Shown here piece by piece: positions 51,045 through 61,022 of a DNA stretch of 64,000 bases. Origin of the DNA: a virus; the IMG/VR virus record IMGVR_UViG_3300031656_000001; one strand, 5' to 3'. The notes under the pieces are model-generated. The model saw nothing but the letters and a program-made list of their open reading frames with translations. It was not told the DNA's origin and made no database searches. The stretch's first letter is position 1; each line of letters opens with the position of its first letter. The position numbers and the translations under genes were made by a program.

Positions 51045-51710
51045 TTATTCTTCTGTAATTTCTATGTCTTCTATGTCGCTTTCTTCAGTACTACTTTTAA
51101 TACCCTTTTGAATTGCAGACATTAGATCCTTCGTACCTCTTTGTATATTCTTATCCTTTGTGTTTCCACCAGAACTTTCTATTTCTTTTACATCGTCTCT
51201 TTTTCTATAGATTTCTATATCACGAGCAATTCTTTTAGTAGATTCTTCTGAAGCCATTAAATACATTGTCTGCGATTTAATAATATCTAACATTGATTTT
51301 TGTAAAGTTGCAAGAACTTCAAACATTCTTGGTGCTAATTCACCATCGTCAATTGTTTGTAAAAGTGTAGTTAATGCTCTCTCGCCAGCTTGTAGTTGAT
51401 AGATCAAAGACGACATAGTCATCTCATCCATTTCTTTTTTGGCTCTAATATATTCATCTCTTTCAATAATATCTGCATCGAGATAAAATTTCATAAGAGC
51501 TGTTATTGTTTTCTGTGCCTTTTTAGTTGCTGCTGATTTTAATTCAACATAACTAACACGAGGCACTGAATCTGTGCGTGGTTGTTTAATTGGAAGGTCG
51601 ACTGGATCTGTTTCTACATCCATCATTCCTGTATTTCCTATCAAGTCATCTAACTCTTGGCGAATTTGATCCGCTTGTTCAGATATATTCTTTTTCTTTT
51701 CTTCGCTCAT
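51045..51710 (-). CDS. probable terminase small subunit
   Basis: immediately upstream of terL; helical, PRMFEVLATL, RGTKDLM resembles gp16. Confidence 0.6.
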   Translation of the reverse strand: MSEEKKKNISEQADQIRQELDDLIGNTGMMDVETDPVDLPIKQPRTDSVPRVSYVELKSAATKKAQKTITALMKFYLDADIIERDEYIRAKKEMDEMTMSSLIYQLQAGERALTTLLQTIDDGELAPRMFEVLATLQKSMLDIIKSQTMYLMASEESTKRIARDIEIYRKRDDVKEIESSGGNTKDKNIQRGTKDLMSAIQKGIKSSTEESDIEDIEITEE

Positions 51711-51754
51711 AAATTATTATTTATAGGTTATATATCAACCTATCTTGGATACGC

Positions 51755-53704
51755 TTATCTGTTTTGATTGTAGCGTCTCAGTTGGATCGAAGGTATTGCG
51801 TTATCTATAATAGTTGCAAGGTGATTATCTCTGACAATGTATTGTTGCAATATATTAAGTCTTTGTTCAGCTTCAATTGGTTTTGTAAACATTCTTATAT
51901 TAGTCAGTTTTAATTGTCCTGGCATAAGAGCATATTGTTTACTAGTTGACCATCCATATGACGCTATAGATTTGGTTTCATCTAATATCTTCGTGATACT
52001 GTTCTGTGTTGTATTACTTGGTAATAAATTATTACCAGGCTCTAACTTAAATACAGTTGTTGATATTTTATTATATTTGTTATTTAAATTGAATACTAAT
52101 CCATACCATGCATCTGAAGCAACTGGTGTATCATATGTAAATTGATGTACATCGTTGTTTATTTGAACAGACACTGCATCGTTGGATGTTGTTATCTTTA
52201 AACCTTTATCGTTAATTAAACCATCTAATATGGTTGCACTTGGATTTGTTACTGTTAAGTTAGGTTTAAACCATACTGTAACTGCTAAATTGGAATCTGC
52301 TGCCAATACTGATTTTCTTTTGTAAACTAACGCTTCTATTCCAATATCTTTAATACTACTAAGATCGTATGCATTTTTACTAACTATAGTCCATTTGTTT
52401 CTGATCTCAGTATCTAATATACTTAGGCCATTGTGAATTCTATCTCTAGTTCCATCACCAACCTCGGTGAATACTGTTTGATATTGTTCTGGCTTTGTAA
52501 CTTTTGTATATTCTTCTTGTACTTGTTCTCCAAATACTTCATCTAAGCCTGTTACTAAATCTGTAAGAGCTGTCTCTGTTGTATCATCAGTATGTATTGT
52601 ACTTGTTCTATCTTCGTACTTCTTAAGTAATACTCTCCAATATGTTGTTGTCAAATTAAATTCATCTGCAAATGATACGCCACTAACTTCATACATTCTA
52701 TTATTAAGTGGAAAGTACAAGTAATCTCTCATTCTAGGTTGTTTTCCTGTACCGAAAGCTGCTTCAAATTGGGCTGATGTTATATGAATTTCAAAATCTT
52801 CGAAACCCATTCCGTATATGTCAAATCTAAATTCATTAGATGGCATTTCGTTATCAGGTACCATTATCTTGATCTCCTTGTTTTCTTTTACATTATAAAG
52901 TGAATACTCCATTAATATAACGTCACTTGATCTTTTATCAGGTTCTACTCTAAAGTATTTGACCTTGTGTCCAAATATATTAGTTGATACATCAGATAGT
53001 TGTTTATATAAATTCGTAGGCTTTTGTAAAGCATATGGATCAAATAAATTTTCAGAACATTCTACCGTAATATTTGCACATCCATTCATTGCTGCTGGAT
53101 CTGTACAATCAGTACAATATTGTGGACATGATACTATTACGCCTTCTACTGTTTCTAAATTAAAAGTAATACTTAATAATGATAACGAATGTGCTGTTGA
53201 TAATCTATTAACAGTAAATCTAACAGTAATCCAAAGTGGTTTAAGAGGATCAAATACAAGACCTAATAAATCTGCAGCTCCATTTGTAATGTTCAGTGGT
53301 GCGTACTCTGACATGATACCACCATCACTGTTCAATGGCTCTTGTGACCATTTGAATTCATAATCAAATGAGTTATTAGCATCCAGTGGTTTGTAAAATT
53401 GAAGTGCTGTTCCTGTAAATATCGGAGGTGTTACTACTGTAAATGTAAATGCATTAATAATAAATGCTACTTCGAATTCTGTATTTCCTACTATTATTTT
53501 ATCACCAGTTGTTAAATCAAGATTAGTAAGATTTCCAACTACAATAGAGTCACCCGCGGTCATTGCTAAAGTACCTACCGTATTAGGAGTATTTACACCT
53601 GCTATTATGTTCCATGAATTAATGTCAGTGACATTTTCATATGGAGTAATTAATTTAGCGAGGAATGCATCGCCTATTTGATCTGATGTAAAGTTATTTA
53701 CCAT
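51755..53704 (-). CDS. neck/head-closure protein (gp14-like) with C-terminal LamG-like domain
   Basis: FGHKVKYF, P..RDYLYFPLNNRMYEV; VWFKP...WYGLVF...NIRMF. Confidence 0.6.
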   Translation of the reverse strand: MVNNFTSDQIGDAFLAKLITPYENVTDINSWNIIAGVNTPNTVGTLAMTAGDSIVVGNLTNLDLTTGDKIIVGNTEFEVAFIINAFTFTVVTPPIFTGTALQFYKPLDANNSFDYEFKWSQEPLNSDGGIMSEYAPLNITNGAADLLGLVFDPLKPLWITVRFTVNRLSTAHSLSLLSITFNLETVEGVIVSCPQYCTDCTDPAAMNGCANITVECSENLFDPYALQKPTNLYKQLSDVSTNIFGHKVKYFRVEPDKRSSDVILMEYSLYNVKENKEIKIMVPDNEMPSNEFRFDIYGMGFEDFEIHITSAQFEAAFGTGKQPRMRDYLYFPLNNRMYEVSGVSFADEFNLTTTYWRVLLKKYEDRTSTIHTDDTTETALTDLVTGLDEVFGEQVQEEYTKVTKPEQYQTVFTEVGDGTRDRIHNGLSILDTEIRNKWTIVSKNAYDLSSIKDIGIEALVYKRKSVLAADSNLAVTVWFKPNLTVTNPSATILDGLINDKGLKITTSNDAVSVQINNDVHQFTYDTPVASDAWYGLVFNLNNKYNKISTTVFKLEPGNNLLPSNTTQNSITKILDETKSIASYGWSTSKQYALMPGQLKLTNIRMFTKPIEAEQRLNILQQYIVRDNHLATIIDNAIPSIQLRRYNQNR

Positions 53705-54367
53705 TAACGTAATGACTACAAGTCTTATTTTTATTATATATCAGAATTTCTATCCGTTATTAAAAGTATTTCTGGATCATCTGCTTCAAATGGCTCTAAT
53801 TTTTGAATTATTGCATTTATGACACCGAATGTTTCGTTCGCAGAATCATCTGTCAAATACATATCAAGAATCGTCATGAACTTCTTTAACTTAAATACAC
53901 TGTACATTTGATTATTTGATAATAGTTTACAACGCTCTAATATGTCATTAGTTATGTTTAATTCACGAGTATCAAATAAATCAAAGAGCCTTAGAGATCC
54001 TCTAATTGTTTTAATATTATACTTAATTGTTTTAATCTGATCAATATTTACTATTCTACTATAACTCAAATTCTTGTTTAAAGTTACTTTAATCCAAGTT
54101 AAATTTTTTATATTATTCAACATTTGCCAAATAAAATAAATAGAAGTCGCTTCTTTGTGTATTGATACTTCATTAACCGATTGAAATCTACTAACATCTG
54201 ACGCAAACCATTTATTAATAAATTCACTCATGTCATCTACTGATATCAAATACGAATCCGTTGTTATTTTTTTAGTATTAATACTGCGCTGAATTAAACC
54301 CCACAATTTAACATCTATAGAATTGTATTTATATAGCGTAATATCAATAACCTCTGTAAAAATATCT

Positions 54368-54796
54368 CTATTTTCTATAAACATCTTGTTGTCTTTCTAT
54401 ATTTTTTAAATCATTAAACAGTTCTGCCTTTGCATGTATTTTCAATTCATTGAATTCACGCAGCCCAATTTCATTTTTTAATAAGAAAAAACTAACTGCA
54501 GCTTCTGATGGAGTATATTTATCTAGCTGTATTTTCGGTGCTTTTTTGGTCTTTGTATAAAACCATCCAGGAACACCTTTAAATCTTTGTGCTACCATTG
54601 CCCATGATTGAACCACGTTGCCGCCGTTTATACCATTTAGATTAAACATATTTGCGTTCGCAGGATATTTAATTGCAAAGAAGCGATTGATCATAAAATG
54701 ATGACGTTTCTTTGCATGATTTTTAATATTGTTATATTGATCTGGTTTCGTGAACATAATTTTCACAAAATCAAATAGTTTAGTTTCGTCTAGCAT
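54368..54796 (-). CDS. putative clamp loader small subunit (gp62-like)
   Basis: LFDFVK...FMINRFFA; co-transcribed with gp44 and RNase H. Confidence 0.45.
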   Translation of the reverse strand: MLDETKLFDFVKIMFTKPDQYNNIKNHAKKRHHFMINRFFAIKYPANANMFNLNGINGGNVVQSWAMVAQRFKGVPGWFYTKTKKAPKIQLDKYTPSEAAVSFFLLKNEIGLREFNELKIHAKAELFNDLKNIERQQDVYRK

Positions 54797-54977
54797 ATTG
54801 TTTATATGTTGAGTATTGTGGTTGTTCGTTTAAATGCAATCGCATATGCATCTTTTTCTAAAAGGCTCTTATATTTATCTATTAATTCAACAGCAAGTTC
54901 TTTAACTTCATCTCTTAAGTTATAAGCGTTTGCTTCTATTAATATAAGTTCGATATCTGTAAGATCTTCGTGCGTCA

Positions 54978-56249
54978 TTAGAATAATTTTTTGCTAGGTG
55001 CATTCGTTGGCTCTTTATAAGTGTCAGTCTTTTTACCAACTAATTTCATAGGAGCTGCCTTAACTGTTTTTTCTTTTGGAATATCCATACCTGCAAATGC
55101 ATCTGGACCAAACCCACCTTTATCTTCTAACCAAGATGTTCCTTCTAAGATCTTTTCCATATCCATGAATTGTTCTGGTTTTTCTAGTGCTCCTTCCCAA
55201 TCTTTATCAATTGCATCATAAATTGCACGCTGAATCGAATCTGGAATAGTTTTGATATGTAATAACATTAATGCTATATTATTAGCAAGAGATGCTTTAA
55301 TCAATGTTGATGTACTGTGTCCGATAACTCTGTAAATAATATCTACTAAATTGTTTCTAGAATCTTGATTAAACAAGTACTCAATTGTGAAATTATCTAA
55401 TTCTTTAACAAACTGATCATAAATAATATCTGCTGATTTCTCAGTGATTGAATAAGTTCTAAGCTTACCATTTTTCATTTCTTTTTGCCAAGTAACTACT
55501 GATGGTATATTATCAGATTTATCACCTATTAAAATCTTGTTGAAAATAAATCTATCACAATCAACTTCTGTTATGTTTATTTTAAGATCTTTGATCCATT
55601 TTAATACACTATTTTGGTATGAATCTCTGGCTAAACTTGCACCTCCCATATTAAAAAGGAAATCATCATTGTCCATTGATCCAGTTACTGAATCTTCCAT
55701 GTCTCTTTCAAAACCTTCATATGCATACAAAGACTTTTTAGTATTGTAATACCACAATGTGTGCGCATCGTTAGTTTTAGAGTAATTAACCAATTGGATA
55801 AGATCTCTATCACCTGACCATACTAAACATGATTTACCTCTATTATTAAGTGCAGTTGACCATCCGAAAATAACATCATCTGCTTCTGCTCCTTGTATTT
55901 GATGTACTGTAACGCCTTTAGCTTCAAGAATCTTTTGAAATTCTTCATATACTGAATATACTGCAGTCCAGTTTACACTGCTGCTTTGTGTTCTTGTACC
56001 CTTATAATCCGCTTCTGGATAAAGGTCTTTACGCCATGATTTTGAATCTACTGTCAAAACCACGTCATCTACAAACATTTTTAACTTTCGCATCTCTGAT
56101 GCAAAGTCAATGGCTAACTTTCTCATAAACTGAGACTTTTGTTTATCATCGCCTAACAGTTGTCCTGTTTTAGGTTTTGGTAAAACAAAAAGCCTACTGA
56201 ATACAAAATAGTTTCCGTCGATCAATAGTGTGTGTTTTCCCACTTTCAT
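54978..56249 (-). CDS. rnh: 5'-3' exonuclease / T4 RNase H (FEN family)
   Basis: LIDGN, SWRK...YKGTR, EADD, SGDRDL.QL, GDKSDNIP. Confidence 0.9.
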   Translation of the reverse strand: MKVGKHTLLIDGNYFVFSRLFVLPKPKTGQLLGDDKQKSQFMRKLAIDFASEMRKLKMFVDDVVLTVDSKSWRKDLYPEADYKGTRTQSSSVNWTAVYSVYEEFQKILEAKGVTVHQIQGAEADDVIFGWSTALNNRGKSCLVWSGDRDLIQLVNYSKTNDAHTLWYYNTKKSLYAYEGFERDMEDSVTGSMDNDDFLFNMGGASLARDSYQNSVLKWIKDLKINITEVDCDRFIFNKILIGDKSDNIPSVVTWQKEMKNGKLRTYSITEKSADIIYDQFVKELDNFTIEYLFNQDSRNNLVDIIYRVIGHSTSTLIKASLANNIALMLLHIKTIPDSIQRAIYDAIDKDWEGALEKPEQFMDMEKILEGTSWLEDKGGFGPDAFAGMDIPKEKTVKAAPMKLVGKKTDTYKEPTNAPSKKLF

Positions 56250-56295
56250 ATTTTTATTTCTTTACTTAGTCTAATACTATGACTATTATTAATTA

Positions 56296-57252
56296 TTATG
56301 AATTAATTATACTTTGTATTTCATATACACAGCTTAACATCGTTATTACAGGATCAATTACATGAGTCCTTTGTGCTTGGTGTTTTGCAACTGTTATGAT
56401 AATAGATGGTATATGTTTTATATATTGTCCTTTTTCCTGCTGAATATACTCGATGAATTCTGCACCCAATGTTTGTAGTACATCATCTACTCTATTTGCA
56501 TAATTTCCTACTAATGCTTGGTAGTTTTTAGCAGGATCTGTCTCGTTAAAGATTAATTCAAATACATCTTTATAAACTGAATTGAACTTCTTCACATCCA
56601 CCGCTGTGATATTGGTAGTACCTTGTGTTTTATATCCCTGTAGTTTATTAAGAGTAGTTCTTAAATCTGGAAAGTTACGTTTAACAAATTCAACCAATGC
56701 TGGTTTTTCAATTGTCATACCTTCTTTACCACAAATTTCATATACTCTCTTGATATATTTCTTTGTTAGTTCTGTTTCTTCTGCTTTATCAAAATCAAAA
56801 TCGATAACTTCAAAACGACTAAGAATTGGATCTGGTAATTTATTAATGTAATTACAAGTTGCAATAAATCTTGAATTTGAAGAGAATGTTTCCATAGTTG
56901 CACGAAGTGCTTTAAAGAATTGATCCGATACTCCATCGACCTCATCTAATATAACCACCTTAAACATTCCCGGCTCATCCATGATTGAAACAGTAGAACA
57001 GAAATCTGTAATTCTGGTTCTAATCACATCAACTGAAGTATCTGTAGATGCATTGATATACAAATACGGTAGTTTAAATTGATTGACGATTGCTTTTGCG
57101 CAAGATGTCTTACCAGTTCCTGGTGATCCTGCAAATAACATATTCTGGACAAGGCCATCGTTGAATTTTGACATTACCCTTTCTGGTAATATTAGTTCAT
57201 CTAATGTCGATGGTCTGTATTTCTCTGTAAAGAGTTGATTTACTGATTTCAT
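56296..57252 (-). CDS. clamp loader AAA+ subunit (gp44/RFC-like)
   Basis: EKYRP, GSPGTGKT, LDEVD, SRF; start moved to MKSVNQ. Confidence 0.93.
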   Translation of the reverse strand: MKSVNQLFTEKYRPSTLDELILPERVMSKFNDGLVQNMLFAGSPGTGKTSCAKAIVNQFKLPYLYINASTDTSVDVIRTRITDFCSTVSIMDEPGMFKVVILDEVDGVSDQFFKALRATMETFSSNSRFIATCNYINKLPDPILSRFEVIDFDFDKAEETELTKKYIKRVYEICGKEGMTIEKPALVEFVKRNFPDLRTTLNKLQGYKTQGTTNITAVDVKKFNSVYKDVFELIFNETDPAKNYQALVGNYANRVDDVLQTLGAEFIEYIQQEKGQYIKHIPSIIITVAKHQAQRTHVIDPVITMLSCVYEIQSIINS

Positions 57253-57316
57253 ATATAAAGTATATTTACATGTTATACTGCTAAAGCCGCAAAATGTTTC
57301 AATGATAAATATATTA

Positions 57317-57826
57317 ATGGGTAAATCATATTCGCATATAAACATCACACGTACGTCAGGTCCAAATCCTAGAAATCGTTACGGTATTATACTTGCACCT
57401 CTAGCAAAGCTCTACAGGAAGTTCCTAGTAGACCACAGGCATATAAAACGATGGTCAGACGATGATAGATTTGTAACATGTGTCCTTAGAATGCAAAAAC
57501 CTGCAGTTCGTAGTGTTATTTTAACTAAAAAGTACTGGGATCATAGTAATGGTATATTGGTTGATCTAGTTACATTACATGATAATTGTAATACTGTTGA
57601 GTGGATTTGTGCAATAAGTCTTAAACCAATCAAAGCTAAGTTTATGAATTTTGATTTGGAGAACTTCTTACATCCTGAGTATTATGATATCTTAAAGGCT
57701 CCGATGATTGATAGCCGTATCTTAAAATCTTCAATTGAGTTTCGCAAGAAATGTAAAAAACTCTTGCTCGATGAGAGACAAGAGTTTCTTAGACTTGCTA
57801 AAAAGAACGCTAAACGCTCTCTTTAA
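57317..57826 (+). CDS. hypothetical basic protein; the only credible plus-strand gene
   Basis: fills the gap between two minus-strand genes; GATAAATA just upstream. Confidence 0.7.
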   Translation: MGKSYSHINITRTSGPNPRNRYGIILAPLAKLYRKFLVDHRHIKRWSDDDRFVTCVLRMQKPAVRSVILTKKYWDHSNGILVDLVTLHDNCNTVEWICAISLKPIKAKFMNFDLENFLHPEYYDILKAPMIDSRILKSSIEFRKKCKKLLLDERQEFLRLAKKNAKRSL

Positions 57827-57829
57827 ATA

Positions 57830-59398
57830 TTACATTAATTTTGCGAATCGTTGAGCGATTGTTAAACCTTCATCTAATTTAATAGTTTTAGGTAATTCTA
57901 CTGCAACTGATTCTTCTATTTCATATGTTCCGTCTTTAACGAAATCAGCATGACCTGTCATACCGGCTAGTTTCATAATAGAACCTTTATCACCGGTCAT
58001 TGTCATTTCATCATAACCGTCTCCGAATGGATCAATATCTATAGTAACTTCAACTCCAATTTCTTTACCTTTATCTTTAATATAAGAATAATCTGGTTTT
58101 CCATCTTCGTCTTCTTCATCTGAATATGATTGTAATCCTGATAATGTCGCTTCATTAAGATCATCACCAGTTGGTGTATCTAATGATTCGTTTTCATTTG
58201 GTGTTTTAGGCACGATAGGCTTTCCATCTTTATCTACGGGTTTTGTTGCAACTTTAAGATTCTTAGATCCGCTTAGTGCTTTTAAATCTTCTTGTGCTTT
58301 TCCTAAATCAGCTACTAGTTTTTTACTTTTTTCTAAGTCATCACTACCATCAACATCATCTTGTTTTAATTTTGCTTTTAATAATTCAACATTAGCTGTT
58401 AATTTTTTAGCTTCATCATCACCGTCCTTTGCTTCATCATATTTAGTTTGCGCTGCTTCAACAGCAACTTTTGCAGCTTCTTTCTTCTCATCAGCCTTTA
58501 CCTTATCAGCTGCGTCTTTTTCCTCTTTTTTCTTTTTATCATCAGCTTTTTTAGCAGTGGCTTCGTCATCATTTGCAGCTGGTACCTTTTTAGCATCATC
58601 TTTATCAGACATCTGAGATTTTGATTTTGCATCTGCAGCAGCTTCTGCTTCTGCCGGTGTTTGTTCAGCAGCTGGAGCATCACCCTGTGCTGATGTATAA
58701 TCCTTTAATGATTGAGTATCATCAGCAATTCTATCTTCTAGTGTAGAAATTTCTAATTTAAGTTGTTTAGCTTCTTCACCTGATGTTGCTTTCATAACTG
58801 TTTTAGCAGCTATTAATTTAGCTTTAGTTTTACCTAAGCTAGCGACTTTAGCTAAACCTTCATCACCGCCAGTTAATTCTTTAATTCTGTCGCTTATGGC
58901 AGAAGACTGATCTGAAAGTGCTTGATTTTTAGCTTTATTTGCTTGATTAAGAACTTCTAATTTCTTTTTCCAATCAGCTGCATCTGTTTTTTCTTTTGTA
59001 GCTTCCTTTTTCTTTGCAAAATCAAGATCATTAATTGCAGATTGAACTAATGCTTTCTGATATTTTTTAAGGTTAGCTTTAATTTTTGTGAATTTAATTG
59101 GAGATTTTATAAAATCTAATAAACCTTCATTAACCGAAGTAAGATTAGTTAATTCAAAAAGTTCTTCAAAAAGATCATTAATTTCTGATTCTAATTCAGT
59201 AGATTCACCAACTGTTCCAATTCTATCAGATAATTCTGTCAGTGTATTTAGAATTGTATCAACGTCTCTTATTACTTCAGTTCTAACTGTGTCGCCTGGA
59301 GTTACAGTGTCAATAGATACTTGATCAACCGACTTGTTCGTTGGCATGTTCTCGTTTACGAATTGTTCGTAAAGCTTTAATTTAGATTTTAATTTCAT
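57830..59398 (-). CDS. putative head/internal virion protein
   Basis: LKLYEQFVNE N-terminus, Lys/Ala/Asp coiled coil, next to the capsid gene, late motif. Confidence 0.55.
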   Translation of the reverse strand: MKLKSKLKLYEQFVNENMPTNKSVDQVSIDTVTPGDTVRTEVIRDVDTILNTLTELSDRIGTVGESTELESEINDLFEELFELTNLTSVNEGLLDFIKSPIKFTKIKANLKKYQKALVQSAINDLDFAKKKEATKEKTDAADWKKKLEVLNQANKAKNQALSDQSSAISDRIKELTGGDEGLAKVASLGKTKAKLIAAKTVMKATSGEEAKQLKLEISTLEDRIADDTQSLKDYTSAQGDAPAAEQTPAEAEAAADAKSKSQMSDKDDAKKVPAANDDEATAKKADDKKKKEEKDAADKVKADEKKEAAKVAVEAAQTKYDEAKDGDDEAKKLTANVELLKAKLKQDDVDGSDDLEKSKKLVADLGKAQEDLKALSGSKNLKVATKPVDKDGKPIVPKTPNENESLDTPTGDDLNEATLSGLQSYSDEEDEDGKPDYSYIKDKGKEIGVEVTIDIDPFGDGYDEMTMTGDKGSIMKLAGMTGHADFVKDGTYEIEESVAVELPKTIKLDEGLTIAQRFAKLM

Positions 59399-59468
59399 AA
59401 TTGTTATTTTATTTTCTATTTAGCATTATTATATTATATATCTAATTTAATTTTGGAAAGTTTACAAC

Positions 59469-59498
59469 AAAAAAAAGGTCATCCGAAGATGACCTTTT
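59469..59498 (-). terminator. terminator after the major capsid gene
   Basis: AAAAGGTCATC-TTCG-GATGACCTTTTTTT. Confidence 0.85.
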
Positions 59499-59528
59499 AA
59501 TAATAATATTAATTATTCTAGTTTAAGA

Positions 59529-60908
59529 TTATAGTGCTAAACCTTCAACATAGAATTTTTCGTATTGTGTACCTGGGTGGAATCCAGCTTCAACTAATGC
59601 GTATCTAGATTTAACAGCTACTTTCGGAGCCATTGTTCCTTCTGCGATCATTTGAACTGATTCAGCCATTAAGTAAGGCATGAAAATTAATCCAGCACCG
59701 TTACCATCACCTTTTCTACCAACTAATACTTCATGTGTAGTTTTACCTCCAGCAGTAACACCTTCGAAAGCCATGTTAGGATCAGTGTAAACATTGATTC
59801 CAGCAACAGAACCTACTGGGTAGATTGCTCCTGCAACTTGGTTAAATGTGTTAGCCATTGGGTTAGATACAAATCCTGCAACACCTTGTAAAGCTGAAGC
59901 AACTTTTGCATCAACTACAGCGAAGTTACCAGCACCTCTTCTACCTCTGTTAGCAATTAAGTTTGCAGCGGCTAAAACGTGTGTTAAGATTCTTCTATTA
60001 ACATCACCGTAAGTGTTTCCACCTTGAGTGTAAACTAATTCTAAGTTTCCAGCTAAAGTACCTTCACCAGCAATAGATCTCATTTTAGATAAAATGTGAG
60101 TATTGATAGATTGAGTTAATTCGTTAGTTAAAACTGCTTCTACTTGAGCAACAGCATCAACACCGAATTGTTTTAAATCTTGTACTTGCTCTCTTGTAAC
60201 TGCAGCAGCAACTTGGAAAGTTTCAGCAGCAACACTTTTAGAGAATAAAGAAAGACCCATTACTTTATCAGGAGTAGATTCACCAAGATCTCTTGACATT
60301 GGCTTATCGTTTGCATCAGCACCTGAGAATCCAGGAATGTGATCTTCTAAAGCTTTAACTAATTCAGCACCTGCATATCTTGCAGCTATATTTGCTTCAC
60401 CGTCTAATGCATCAACAATTTTGATAATTGATTTTCCATCAATTCTAGAAGTTCCAACTAATACATCGTTACCTGCAGCAACTGCATCAACTGCACCTTT
60501 AATATAAGTAGGTGTAACGTTTCCGTCAACTTTTCCACCTTCGTAAGTAAAGTCTAAGTAAGACAATAATCCCATTGGTCCTGCCATTGGTACTACTGGT
60601 ACTAAGTCTAAACCGATAGTTTGAGCAGCTACTTGCATTGCTAATGGTAATAAAGTCGGAGACTTGTCACCAGAACCATTTTCACCACCTGCTGCACCGT
60701 TAGATACTGCTGAAGGGAAAGATACTGCACCCATACCTGCTAAGTTCATGTTAGGGTTTAAAGACATGATGTTCGCGTCTTCGTAAAGTTTATGGTTGTG
60801 ACAGTAAGTCGACATCCATGCTAATTTGCTAGATTCGTTAATACCTGTAGCTTCCGAGATTATCGGTGCCCATGTATTTTTGATCTCAGCTTCGTTTAAT
60901 AAATTCAT
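59529..60908 (-). CDS. major capsid protein (gp23-like)
   Basis: V.PM.GP.GL, T.EQ.QDL, IA..GRRGAGNF, F.PY, PKV...SRY. Confidence 0.95.
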   Translation of the reverse strand: MNLLNEAEIKNTWAPIISEATGINESSKLAWMSTYCHNHKLYEDANIMSLNPNMNLAGMGAVSFPSAVSNGAAGGENGSGDKSPTLLPLAMQVAAQTIGLDLVPVVPMAGPMGLLSYLDFTYEGGKVDGNVTPTYIKGAVDAVAAGNDVLVGTSRIDGKSIIKIVDALDGEANIAARYAGAELVKALEDHIPGFSGADANDKPMSRDLGESTPDKVMGLSLFSKSVAAETFQVAAAVTREQVQDLKQFGVDAVAQVEAVLTNELTQSINTHILSKMRSIAGEGTLAGNLELVYTQGGNTYGDVNRRILTHVLAAANLIANRGRRGAGNFAVVDAKVASALQGVAGFVSNPMANTFNQVAGAIYPVGSVAGINVYTDPNMAFEGVTAGGKTTHEVLVGRKGDGNGAGLIFMPYLMAESVQMIAEGTMAPKVAVKSRYALVEAGFHPGTQYEKFYVEGLAL

Positions 60909-61022
60909 AATTTGAGAATGTTTTTTTGTTTGTTTGTTTGTGTTTAGTTAAAAACTCGACATTCAATGGGTGTTCTGCTTCTGTCACCCTTTATCGTCGA
61001 TTGTTATTTATATATCTATGTT

